Part shown: in pieces, positions 56,065 to 64,000 of the stretch
Layout: each line of letters opens with the position of its first letter
Position numbering within the stretch: position 1 is the first letter of the stretch
IMG/VR virus record: IMGVR_UViG_3300033273_000833
Coordinates: 32,001-96,000 of that record
Length of the DNA stretch: 64,000 nucleotides
Direction: 5' to 3' (one strand)
Source: a virus
Taxonomy: Duplodnaviria > Caudoviricetes
Notes under the pieces: model-generated
Database searches by the model: none
The model's input: the letters and a program-made list of their open reading frames with translations, nothing else
What the model was told of the DNA's origin: nothing
Position numbers and translations under genes: made by a program

Positions 56065-56370
56065 ATGAATACTGAAAACAAAACAAAAACTTCTACTGAG
56101 TGGTCTTCGAGAGAAATGGGAGCACTTTGGCGCAAAAGCGGGAATACCGACTATTTAACAGGACACTTCAAGACTACAGAACTTGGTCAAGAAGTAGTTC
56201 ATAAGGTTGTTATTTTTGCCAACAAAAATAAAAAAGATAATGAAAGAGCTCCTGATTTAATTATCTACAAATCTAAACCTAATAATGCGTCTGAGGTAGC
56301 GCAAGTTCAACCTGAAGTAGCAGCTGTTTCTGCGGCCTCTGAAGATGAAGTTCCTGATAACTTGTTTTAA
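56065..56370 (+). CDS. DUF736-like protein with acidic tail
   Basis: MGALWRKSG..YLTG..IFANKNK..APD.IIY; ends SEDEVPDNLF. Confidence 0.65.
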   Translation: MNTENKTKTSTEWSSREMGALWRKSGNTDYLTGHFKTTELGQEVVHKVVIFANKNKKDNERAPDLIIYKSKPNNASEVAQVQPEVAAVSAASEDEVPDNLF

Positions 56371-56371
56371 T

Positions 56372-56377
56372 GTGTAA
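56372..56377 (+). promoter_or_regulatory. GTGTAA putative late-promoter motif
   Basis: GTGTAA-N11-ATG(56389). Confidence 0.5.
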
Positions 56378-56388
56378 ATAAGTTTATT

Positions 56389-57489
56389 ATGAATACTTAT
56401 GGTTTACTGAGCTCAAGCTCAACTTTGTCACAATCCTCTACTAGTAACGCTTTTAGAAGCTTATCCAAAAAAGCTTTTAATTCTAAGTCTCTTGATGAAG
56501 CCATAGCTGAGCTCAGTGAAATCATAATGCATAATGCGGTGTGCGCGCAAAACCATCTCAAATTTTGTGCTCAAAACAACATTAAGTTATATTCTATATT
56601 TAATGACTTAATTCCTTTGTTGCACGATGACGCAATACCATGTTCTATTAAAGACTTAAACGACTATGAGTCTATTATTAAAGAATTAAAGAAAATTGGA
56701 ATTATAGCAAGAAAATTTAATATTAAAATTTGTGTCGAACTAAGGAAACAAGTATTCTTGTCAGGTACAGACAATACTATTAAAAAATCTTTAAATTTAA
56801 TTAATTTATGGTCTACAATTTTTGACTTGTTCGAACTAGACCAAGGGCAAGAATCTCCAATTATTGTGCAAATTAATAATTCTGTAAATGAAGCCGAGGA
56901 ACTAAAACTAAAAAACGTGGTTGATAAATTTTACTCATCTTTTGAAAACCTACCCGAATCTTCTCAATCAAGAGTCGTCGTAACCAATGAAAAAGAAGGT
57001 TGCTGGAACTGTCAAAATCTATTTAAATGGTTGCATCTATACTGTGGCGGAGAATATGGCAAATTCTTTTCTTTATCTTACAATAATTTAAATCATAAAT
57101 TAAATTCCTCTATAGTTGGCGGTTCTGAGGTTTCTGATAAGCAAAATGTTCAAGCTTTTAAACATACTTGGGCTAAAAACGTAACTCCCACTTTCTTTTG
57201 GGACGAAGAACCTCTTGATGATTCATTTTCTAAAGAAATTCCTGATTTTGGAGAGAGCGTTAATTGGGTATGCTGTGGTGTAGAAAGTGATAAGAATATT
57301 TTTGGAATGCAAGGCGTTGTTGTTGAAGATGAGAATCTTGACATTAGTAGCTTTGATGAATTACTTATTGACGTCGAAGTTGATGATAGTGATATTAATG
57401 AAAGCGAAATAGATCTTGCTCATAAGAAAATTAGAGAAGCTTTAGAGTCAAAAGGGGGCAAAGACTTCAATTCTATATACGGTTTTTAG
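56389..57489 (+). CDS. UvsE/UvdE-fold protein with lost catalytic ligands
   Basis: Collinear with UvsE (N..L.F...IKLY..DLIPL, L.KIG..A, F.NLP..SRVV.N, TW) but the His/Glu/Asp ligands are substituted. Confidence 0.65.
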   Translation: MNTYGLLSSSSTLSQSSTSNAFRSLSKKAFNSKSLDEAIAELSEIIMHNAVCAQNHLKFCAQNNIKLYSIFNDLIPLLHDDAIPCSIKDLNDYESIIKELKKIGIIARKFNIKICVELRKQVFLSGTDNTIKKSLNLINLWSTIFDLFELDQGQESPIIVQINNSVNEAEELKLKNVVDKFYSSFENLPESSQSRVVVTNEKEGCWNCQNLFKWLHLYCGGEYGKFFSLSYNNLNHKLNSSIVGGSEVSDKQNVQAFKHTWAKNVTPTFFWDEEPLDDSFSKEIPDFGESVNWVCCGVESDKNIFGMQGVVVEDENLDISSFDELLIDVEVDDSDINESEIDLAHKKIREALESKGGKDFNSIYGF

Positions 57490-57490
57490 A

Positions 57491-57907
57491 ATGCCAAGTA
57501 TAAATAGCCTTGACATCACTTATCTCGAAATGGCTAAGACATGGTCAAATTTGTCAAAAGCTTTGCGTAAAAAAGTCGGATGCTTAATTGTCAAAGATGG
57601 TGCGATAATCTCAGATGGGTACAACGGAACTCCTAGTGGTTTCGACAATTGTTGTGAAACTGAGGATTTTATCACTAAGCCAGAAGTTATACACGCTGAA
57701 AGCAATGCCATCACTAAACTATCAAGGTCTACACAATCAAGCCTTGACGCGACTATGTATGTCACGATATCTCCATGCGTTGAATGCGCAAAGCTTATTA
57801 TTCAGTCTGGTATCTCTCGCGTTGTATTTGGAGAAGTTTATCGCAGTGAAGAAGGTATAGATTTATTAAGTAAAGCAGGAATTAGGACAGATTTAGTAGT
57901 TTTTTAA
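57491..57907 (+). CDS. dCMP deaminase
   Basis: KVGCLIVKD..IISDGYNG, HAESNAI, PCVECAKLIIQSGI. Confidence 0.92.
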   Translation: MPSINSLDITYLEMAKTWSNLSKALRKKVGCLIVKDGAIISDGYNGTPSGFDNCCETEDFITKPEVIHAESNAITKLSRSTQSSLDATMYVTISPCVECAKLIIQSGISRVVFGEVYRSEEGIDLLSKAGIRTDLVVF

Positions 57908-57908
57908 T

Positions 57909-58940
57909 ATGGAACAACCTTTAATAGATTTTGATTTAATTAGATCAAAAATTTCCATCAGAGATGAAAATTTGTCTAATAACGATCAAACAAAACAATA
58001 TAAAAAAATAGCTTCACTTATAACTCCTTATTGTCTTTCTTTTAAAGATGACGAAACAAGAAGAAAATATATAGAATTATTTAATCATCTTTGCGGCACT
58101 TTACAGTATTTTTATCAAGTTAAAATTATAACGCCCCGCAAGTATTTAGATATTACTTCTAAATATATAACAAAAAATCATGAATTATTAATTAGCGTTC
58201 CTGACGCATATGAAATTAAACACGTTAATCTAGCCCCAAGGAATTATTTATTTTATCAAATCAGCTCAAGAAAAGAAGGCATAGACTGCTCGTTTGCCCA
58301 GAGTTTCATGTCTTCAGATTATCGTTTAGATTTTCGCCAACTATTTAAACATTTAGACGGAGTTTATACTTTTGTCAATTTACCTGATAATGTTTCTTTG
58401 AATGAAATTTGCATAACCAAGCATTATGCTATTATATCAACAGCGCTTGAAAAGCAATATCCAAACATAAAAGAGAAGCTATCAAAATTTTTAAGATTAA
58501 AAATCATAACTTTTCGTTCTCCTGAAAATTCGACAGATATAACAAAATATTTTAGGTCAATTGATTCCGCGCCATCCTTGAATATCTCAGATTCTTTTGT
58601 TTCCTCTAATAATAGTCGATTAATATATGCCGAAACAGGAGTAAAAGATATAGATTCTAAAATCAAATTAGTGCTTGATGAAATTTCAAAAATTCAAAAC
58701 ACTACCACAATAAAATTTTTAAACCCTCAGAATAATAGATTAATTAATTATCTTGATTTCGCAATGTTAGATGGAACTTTTTTATTCCCACTATACGACG
58801 AAACTGCAGAGCAGAACCAATACGCTCTATCAGAACATTTTGCAAATAATTATTTTTTAACAATGATGCATCCAGACCTTGATTTATTTAACAAAAACAA
58901 AGTTAATTTTTCAAACAGCATTCTATTATCTCTAATATAA
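57909..58940 (+). CDS. Hypothetical protein
   Basis: 343-aa ORF in the operon with no recognised motif. Confidence 0.65.
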   Translation: MEQPLIDFDLIRSKISIRDENLSNNDQTKQYKKIASLITPYCLSFKDDETRRKYIELFNHLCGTLQYFYQVKIITPRKYLDITSKYITKNHELLISVPDAYEIKHVNLAPRNYLFYQISSRKEGIDCSFAQSFMSSDYRLDFRQLFKHLDGVYTFVNLPDNVSLNEICITKHYAIISTALEKQYPNIKEKLSKFLRLKIITFRSPENSTDITKYFRSIDSAPSLNISDSFVSSNNSRLIYAETGVKDIDSKIKLVLDEISKIQNTTTIKFLNPQNNRLINYLDFAMLDGTFLFPLYDETAEQNQYALSEHFANNYFLTMMHPDLDLFNKNKVNFSNSILLSLI

Positions 58941-58953
58941 AATTATTTTTTTA

Positions 58954-58982
58954 TTGACATTTTAATATCTTTTTAATACAAT
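58954..58982 (+). promoter_or_regulatory. sigma70 promoter (leaderless geometry)
   Basis: TTGACA-N17-TACAAT-N6-ATG(58989). Confidence 0.8.
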
Positions 58983-58988
58983 ATATAT

Positions 58989-59195
58989 ATGAAAATTGAA
59001 AATAACTCACATTCTGCTACGAAGAGAGGTAGAAAAAAAGGTTCAACATCATTTACCCATTTAACATACAAAGATTTAGGTAAATTTGTTGGCGCCGAAA
59101 CCTTAGTTCCTGTCCATAAATCTTGGCTCGAACAACTTGGCTTTGATATCTATACGAAAGAGCAGATCGAAAAATATACTCAGAAAAAATTATAA
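58989..59195 (+). CDS. Small putative DNA-binding protein (AT-hook-like)
   Basis: KRGRKKGSTSF..L..L..G...VPV..SWL. Confidence 0.55.
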   Translation: MKIENNSHSATKRGRKKGSTSFTHLTYKDLGKFVGAETLVPVHKSWLEQLGFDIYTKEQIEKYTQKKL

Positions 59196-59205
59196 ATTAT
59201 ATAAA

Positions 59206-59625
59206 ATGCAGAAAATCTTAATTGTTTTATCACTTATTGGTTTAGCTAGTTGCTCTAGCTCATTAACTAAAATCAACAAAGGCTCAAACGGGGAAATTGT
59301 AAGAGAATTACATATTGCTCCAATTGAAAAAGTGCGAGAAGCTACTGATTCCATCAAAGATTCAGTTCCTGTTAGAGTTAAATTATATCACATGCCATTT
59401 GTGTTAGGGCCAAGACTAAAAATGATAAATAACTGGGATCAACCACCACATATTTATGAATATGATTACGCCGAAGAACAGTATACAGAAAAATATGTTA
59501 TGTTCGATGTTAAAAATATTGAAAAATCAGAATCAATGAATATAATTGATTATATTAACTCAAACATTAAAGATCCTTCAGGCTTTCAACAAAATCATAA
59601 TAAACGATTTTTATTGGGGCTCTGA
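59206..59625 (+). CDS. Lipoprotein
   Basis: MQKILIVLSLIGLAS-C lipobox; start moved to M24 of the ORF track entry. Confidence 0.7.
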   Translation: MQKILIVLSLIGLASCSSSLTKINKGSNGEIVRELHIAPIEKVREATDSIKDSVPVRVKLYHMPFVLGPRLKMINNWDQPPHIYEYDYAEEQYTEKYVMFDVKNIEKSESMNIIDYINSNIKDPSGFQQNHNKRFLLGL

Positions 59626-59626
59626 T

Positions 59627-60109
59627 ATGGAAAAACAACCAACTCCATTTGCCGTGTTTCAAGATTTAGCAGAAAAAAAAGGGTATAGGCCCAAAAGAGC
59701 TACTACATCTCTTAAGAAAGAAAATGTTCAGTTTATCTTCCAAACTCCAACTCATAAAAATATTGAAGTTGATTTAAAGACTAAGAAAAAGTTTAAAAAT
59801 AAGTCTTTTGATAAGTGGATTTGGATTGAGTTTGCTAACAAGTATGGTAGGAAAGGCTGGATATATGGTCGAGCAAAATTTATCGCATTTGAAACGGCAG
59901 ATTCTTTTATACTCGTAAACAGGTCCGAACTAGCTAATTTCTTACAAAGCAGCAATGTAGCAAGATTTGACCTACCATTTGTTGACCAACCATGGAAAGC
60001 TAAATACAGGGTTTTTCGCAGACCTAATACAAAAGAAACTTTGACCCAAATCAAAACTCATGATTTATTAAAATTAAAATCCGTACAGATTTGGAAAAAA
60101 TATGAGTAA
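59627..60109 (+). CDS. PD-(D/E)XK-like nuclease family protein
   Basis: VDLK..WIWIEF.N.YG..GWIYG.A.FIAFE. Confidence 0.5.
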   Translation: MEKQPTPFAVFQDLAEKKGYRPKRATTSLKKENVQFIFQTPTHKNIEVDLKTKKKFKNKSFDKWIWIEFANKYGRKGWIYGRAKFIAFETADSFILVNRSELANFLQSSNVARFDLPFVDQPWKAKYRVFRRPNTKETLTQIKTHDLLKLKSVQIWKKYE

Positions 60110-60275
60110 TTTATTAGAAGTCGCACTCTTTAATGTGTGGCATTTTTTTGGAACTATTGTATTAATTATTACTATAGGTTTCGCAATATCTCTACCAGTG
60201 AGCGTTTACTTCAGGAATAAGCAATTACAATCATCAAACCTACTAAAAGTAATCAAATCAAAATTATATGAATAA
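60102..60275 (+). CDS. 57-aa membrane protein (not in the ORF track)
   Basis: MSNLLEVALFNVWHFFGTIVLIITIGFAISLPVSVYFRNK..YE*; overlaps both neighbours' start/stop codons. Confidence 0.6.
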   Translation: MSNLLEVALFNVWHFFGTIVLIITIGFAISLPVSVYFRNKQLQSSNLLKVIKSKLYE

Positions 60276-60453
60276 TCAAGACAAATTCTATGTTGTCACA
60301 AGAAATGGTCGCAGAATTGAAGAAAAAAATTACTGGACCAAAGATCTTGCAATCAAGCGCGCAGACGCTTTAATCGCATGTTTAAAAAAGTGGAAGGATA
60401 AAACTAATAAGGTTGAAATCGTAGAAACTTTTAAGCCTGAATCTATTAGGTGA
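60268..60453 (+). CDS. Small hypothetical protein
   Basis: 61-aa ORF coupled on both sides. Confidence 0.6.
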   Translation: MNNQDKFYVVTRNGRRIEEKNYWTKDLAIKRADALIACLKKWKDKTNKVEIVETFKPESIR

Positions 60454-60995
60454 TAAAAAGTCTAGATTTATCGAACTCTAAAAAAAAGTATAGTCATAAA
60501 GGTTTTGAGATTCTACCCTCACACTATTGGGTAGAAGAATTTCTGCAAAGCCTAAATAAGCTGCCTGAAGAATCAAGAAAGCTTATGTTTTGGAACCAAA
60601 CAAACAGCGACTTATACTTTAATCTTAGGTCTTTTTCCCGCACAAAAGGTTTTAGATTTCAAAAAGAAGGTCGAGGTATGTACTGGTTATTCAATAAGCC
60701 AAAAGATTTTAATAATGCATGGACTTTAGATGTGTTTAATCCACCAGATTCTGGAATTAATGGAATTGATTTTATTAGGGCAGTCCCCACCTACTTTTAT
60801 ATAGTTGATAAATTTAAAGAAACCCTAAAATGTAAAAAATTGAGAGCTTTTGTGTTAAATGATAATATTCAATCTATGAGAATGTGCAAAACTTTAGTCA
60901 AAAAAGGTTATCTAGATCTTGAATGCGAACTTAAAAACGAGGTTTTTGTTCATGGTAAAGATAGAGATTTAACACTTTTTTTAAGGTCAAAATAA
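60450..60995 (+). CDS. Possible GNAT-fold acetyltransferase
   Basis: C-terminal KLRAFVLNDNIQSMRM..GY..E..L..EVF resembles RimJ/RimL motif B. Confidence 0.4.
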   Translation: MIKSLDLSNSKKKYSHKGFEILPSHYWVEEFLQSLNKLPEESRKLMFWNQTNSDLYFNLRSFSRTKGFRFQKEGRGMYWLFNKPKDFNNAWTLDVFNPPDSGINGIDFIRAVPTYFYIVDKFKETLKCKKLRAFVLNDNIQSMRMCKTLVKKGYLDLECELKNEVFVHGKDRDLTLFLRSK

Positions 60996-61003
60996 AAAAA
61001 AAT

Positions 61004-61549
61004 ATGGAATTTCTGGTTTTTACATGTATAATTATACTAATAGCAAGTTTATACTTTCAATCTCAACACAAAAATAACGCAAATTTATTATCATCAGAAA
61101 ATAAATTACTTAAAAATAGAGAGGATCAATTAAATAGAACAATATCTGACTTAAATGCATCTTTAAAAAGAGAGCAAGAAATTATCAAAGAGCGTAAAAC
61201 TGAATTAGATAAAAAAGAAAAGCATATTGTCTCAACTTTAAATGATTTAGAAATACAATTAGCTAAAGAAAAAGAAGCGAAGAAAAAAGTAACATCACAG
61301 AAAAAGAGTAGCGAAGTTAGACTCGGTCATATCGCAGAAACTCTGGCTCCTTTTTTAGATCAATTTGAATTCGATCCAGAGGCTTGTACATTTCTAGGAA
61401 AACCTATAGACTATATATCGTTTGGAGAAGAAGAAATTACATTTATAGAAGTTAAAAGCGGAAATAGTCAATTAAACCAAAATCAGAGAAGAGTAAGAGA
61501 TTTAGTGAAAGACAAAAAAGTAAGTTGGAAAGAAATCAGAATAAAATAA
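61004..61549 (+). CDS. Membrane-anchored Holliday-junction-resolvase-like endonuclease
   Basis: N-terminal TM, coiled coil, then G.IAE.LAPF, FLGKPIDYI.F, FIEVKSG..L..Q. Confidence 0.8.
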   Translation: MEFLVFTCIIILIASLYFQSQHKNNANLLSSENKLLKNREDQLNRTISDLNASLKREQEIIKERKTELDKKEKHIVSTLNDLEIQLAKEKEAKKKVTSQKKSSEVRLGHIAETLAPFLDQFEFDPEACTFLGKPIDYISFGEEEITFIEVKSGNSQLNQNQRRVRDLVKDKKVSWKEIRIK

Positions 61550-61566
61550 ATTTAATTATAAAATAT

Positions 61567-62220
61567 ATGAAAACTAAAATCGTATCATTATTACTAGCCC
61601 TCGGGCTCACAACTAACGCCGCCTTTTCAGGCAACTCTGCACAAGTAGGATACACATCCGACTTTTTCTACAGAGGAGCGCAAAAGGCAGAACAATCAAT
61701 TCAATCCTCAGTTAGCCTCGGCTCTGCCGTCGGAAGCGTTGATCTTAGCGCGAATGTTTCCACTAATCAAGCTGTTGATACTGGTGCAGATAGCTACCAA
61801 ATTGCAGTAGGAGGAGGAAAGTCTTTCTCGGAAGGATTATTATCTGTCTATGCTGGAATCAATCATTTTGAAGACCGTCCAGGAGACGCCATTTCTGAAT
61901 TCGAAGTAGGTCTTTCTTCAAATGTATTGCTGAATCCATCTGTTTCGGTATTCAGAGATCTTGATGATTCTTTGTATACGGTTGAGCTTGGAGTCGGTCA
62001 TTCTGTAGATTTATCAGTTGCTTCCCTTGATTTGTCAGCTTCAATTGGTAACACTGATTTAACTGACACTACCGACAGAACATATTACGCTATTGGAGCA
62101 AGTGTTTCAAAAGCTGTTTCTGATAATGCAGAAGTTTCTGTTGGTGTAGATTATATTGATGCTGACGATCTTGCTGATAGAGAGTATGTTTTTGGAGGAG
62201 CTCTAACAATTAATTTTTAA
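61567..62220 (+). CDS. TorF/gcw_chp-like outer-membrane beta-barrel (putative porin)
   Basis: Signal peptide; YTSDFFYRGAQ; alternating beta strands; C-terminal LTINF. Confidence 0.75.
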   Translation: MKTKIVSLLLALGLTTNAAFSGNSAQVGYTSDFFYRGAQKAEQSIQSSVSLGSAVGSVDLSANVSTNQAVDTGADSYQIAVGGGKSFSEGLLSVYAGINHFEDRPGDAISEFEVGLSSNVLLNPSVSVFRDLDDSLYTVELGVGHSVDLSVASLDLSASIGNTDLTDTTDRTYYAIGASVSKAVSDNAEVSVGVDYIDADDLADREYVFGGALTINF

Positions 62221-62247
62221 CCCCTAACCATCAACCATTAAATTATT

Positions 62248-62487
62248 ATGAAAAATACATTGGAAACAATCAAAGCATATGCTGGCGGAATTACCAGCGT
62301 GTTACTAACGCTCATTGGACTACTTGTAGTAGCCCAAGTTGTATTCGGTACTGGAGCTCCAATTAATGTTATTGGAAATCTTCAAGAAGTAGTTACTGGA
62401 TTTGTAGGAGAAGGAGCCAGCCTGTCTGGAGTCATTACTCTCTTGCTTATCGTAGCTCTGTTTCAGAAAACTAAAGAAGCTAAGTAA
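62248..62487 (+). CDS. Small two-TM membrane protein
   Basis: 79 aa with two long hydrophobic helices; last gene before the terminator. Confidence 0.75.
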   Translation: MKNTLETIKAYAGGITSVLLTLIGLLVVAQVVFGTGAPINVIGNLQEVVTGFVGEGASLSGVITLLLIVALFQKTKEAK

Positions 62488-62509
62488 CAGCTAATACATA
62501 GCAAGCTTT

Positions 62510-62536
62510 AAGGGGCGCTTTTGCGCCCCTTTTTTT
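62510..62536 (+). terminator. Rho-independent terminator
   Basis: AGGGGCGC-TTTT-GCGCCCCT followed by T6. Confidence 0.9.
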
Positions 62537-62570
62537 GTGGATTTTTTAATTTTTAATTATATAATAATTA

Positions 62571-63326
62571 ATGCAAGAATCATTAGCTATATTAAGTTCT
62601 TATTTTTCTAAAAAAAAGCACCCCAATGACCCTGCGGATGCTCATGTAGTCGGAAGAACTGTTGATGGTAAAGTTAAAAACGACGAAATATCCTATATTA
62701 AACCTTGGTATGATTCTATTAATAAATTAAACCTTAAAGGATTCATATTTCACGACAATCTTTCGGAATACTTTGTAGAGCAGTATACAACAGAAAATGT
62801 AACTTTTATTAAAGTTGAAGATTCGATATACTCTAACAATGATTATAGATTTTTCTGTTTTAACAATTTTTTGCAAGAGAATAAATTCAATTACGTTTTT
62901 CATTCTGATGCATCAGATGTTACGGTAGCTCAAAATCCAATTAAATTAATTAAAAATAATCCAGAAATTTCATATTTCGCCTGTAAAGACAGCATTAAAC
63001 TCAAACAGTTTGGCGATTACTTAAGCGTTCATGATAAATTTAATTTTGAAGATAAAATGATGTTCATGCTGAACATGGATTCATGGGATTTAATTAATAT
63101 GGGGGTTATCGGGGGAGCTTACGAAGATATGTCTAATTTTTATTCTAGATTCGTTGAAATTAGACAATCTATGGGTGTTCCAGAATTTAATTCTGATATG
63201 TGGTTATGCCAGTACTTACTCAGGTCTCAATTCAAAGATAAAAAGTTTATTATGGGTGAGCCTGTTTGTAGTGAATTTAAACAATACCAAAACGAAAGAG
63301 AAGATGTCTATTTCATCCACAAGTAA
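62571..63326 (+). CDS. Glycosyltransferase-like protein
   Basis: FIFHDNL, NDYRF, FHSDASDV, NMGVIGG, DM..Q; upstream of a GT2 gene. Confidence 0.5.
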   Translation: MQESLAILSSYFSKKKHPNDPADAHVVGRTVDGKVKNDEISYIKPWYDSINKLNLKGFIFHDNLSEYFVEQYTTENVTFIKVEDSIYSNNDYRFFCFNNFLQENKFNYVFHSDASDVTVAQNPIKLIKNNPEISYFACKDSIKLKQFGDYLSVHDKFNFEDKMMFMLNMDSWDLINMGVIGGAYEDMSNFYSRFVEIRQSMGVPEFNSDMWLCQYLLRSQFKDKKFIMGEPVCSEFKQYQNEREDVYFIHK

Positions 63327-64000
63327 AATTACGGTTTATTGCTCTACCTATAATTCAATTAAATGGATTGAAGGTTATTTAAATAATATCAACTCTCAGA
63401 TTTGTGAAGCCTTTGAATTATTTTTCATAGACGCAGGCTCAACAGATGGCTCTCTTGAGAAAATTAAAAATTTTAAATTCAGCCCACATATTAATGTGTC
63501 TATTTTTGAACCTGGATTTTTATCCATTTACGGAGCATGGAATTTAGCAGTCGCTAAAGCTAGTACTCCATATGTTATGAATTTCAATACAGACGATAGA
63601 CTTAATTTTTGCGCCCTTTCAACCTATCATAGGTATATCGAAGAGTTCCCAGAGATAGATTTATTTTACGGAGTTCACAATTTCGTATCTGAAATTGGCG
63701 GAACCAACCTACCTATAGGTGAATATTGGAAAAACTTAACTGACTCCCTACTATCTGAATCAGAGAAAAAATTAATGTTTACAATTAATCCCTGTGGACC
63801 ATTTCCTTTAGTCAAAAAAGCCTCCCTGATGGACGCTGGTGAATTTGATGAAAAATATTTTTCTTCTGCGGATTATGACATGTGGTTGCGAATGTTTTCG
63901 ATGGGCATGAGATTTAAAAGAACTCAAGATATCATTGGTGACTTTTTATATAGGCCTGATTCAGCCTCTCAAGCTAAAATCAAAGAGTCAGAATCGCACG
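63304..64000 (+). CDS. GT2 family glycosyltransferase (runs off the window; not in the ORF track)
   Basis: Open from ATG 63304: ITVYCSTYN, FIDAGSTDGS, IYGAWN, NFNTDDRL, ADYDMWLR. Confidence 0.9.
   Translation, partial: MSISSTSKITVYCSTYNSIKWIEGYLNNINSQICEAFELFFIDAGSTDGSLEKIKNFKFSPHINVSIFEPGFLSIYGAWNLAVAKASTPYVMNFNTDDRLNFCALSTYHRYIEEFPEIDLFYGVHNFVSEIGGTNLPIGEYWKNLTDSLLSESEKKLMFTINPCGPFPLVKKASLMDAGEFDEKYFSSADYDMWLRMFSMGMRFKRTQDIIGDFLYRPDSASQAKIKESESH

Noticed and set aside
57510-57515. TTGACA inside the dCMP deaminase gene
   Set aside because: No -10 element at 16-18 nt.
851-60054. Many 60-136 aa ORF-track entries overlapping larger genes (e.g. 14883..15293, 19023..19334, 25541..25879, 53257..53685)
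   Set aside because: They are antisense or off-frame shadows of well-supported genes, with no motifs or promoters.
1-64000. CRISPR array, tRNA genes, IS or integrase
   Set aside because: No regularly spaced repeats, no cloverleaf other than the tmRNA TLD, and no transposase or integrase motifs seen by eye; a tRNAscan run would be more definitive.
1-64000. Stop-codon reassignment
   Set aside because: The standard code gives dense coverage with very long ORFs, and TAA, TAG and TGA all end genes.

Overview
AT-rich (about 30% GC by eye), densely coded 64 kb segment of a large tailed dsDNA bacteriophage, most likely marine. The host is probably Verrucomicrobiota/Opitutales; this is inferred from protein motifs I recall, not from a search. 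Left to right: virion/lysis-like genes and a 3565-aa LamG/cadherin/BspA-LRR adhesin; a tyrosyl-radical-less (class Ic) nrdB; a replication module (RecA/UvsX, DnaB, primase, RecB/Cas4-like nuclease, Pol III alpha split into PHP, DEDDh exonuclease and catalytic-core genes); ClpC and a pseudokinase; a complete tmRNA with a basic tag; a large glycosyltransferase/sulfotransferase island ending in an APS-kinase-like/HIGH-nucleotidyltransferase fusion; guaC; a lambda-type tail-tip module (L, K, I, J) in which both I and J start with a ubiquitin-like domain; a JmjC oxygenase, a degenerate UvsE, dCMP deaminase and a TorF-like porin. Two promoter classes are visible: nine near-consensus sigma70 promoters, all on the + strand, and a GTGTAA motif lying exactly 8 nt before seven start codons. 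Both place transcription starts at or near the start codon, implying largely leaderless mRNAs. All family assignments come from motif recognition by eye; no database search was run.
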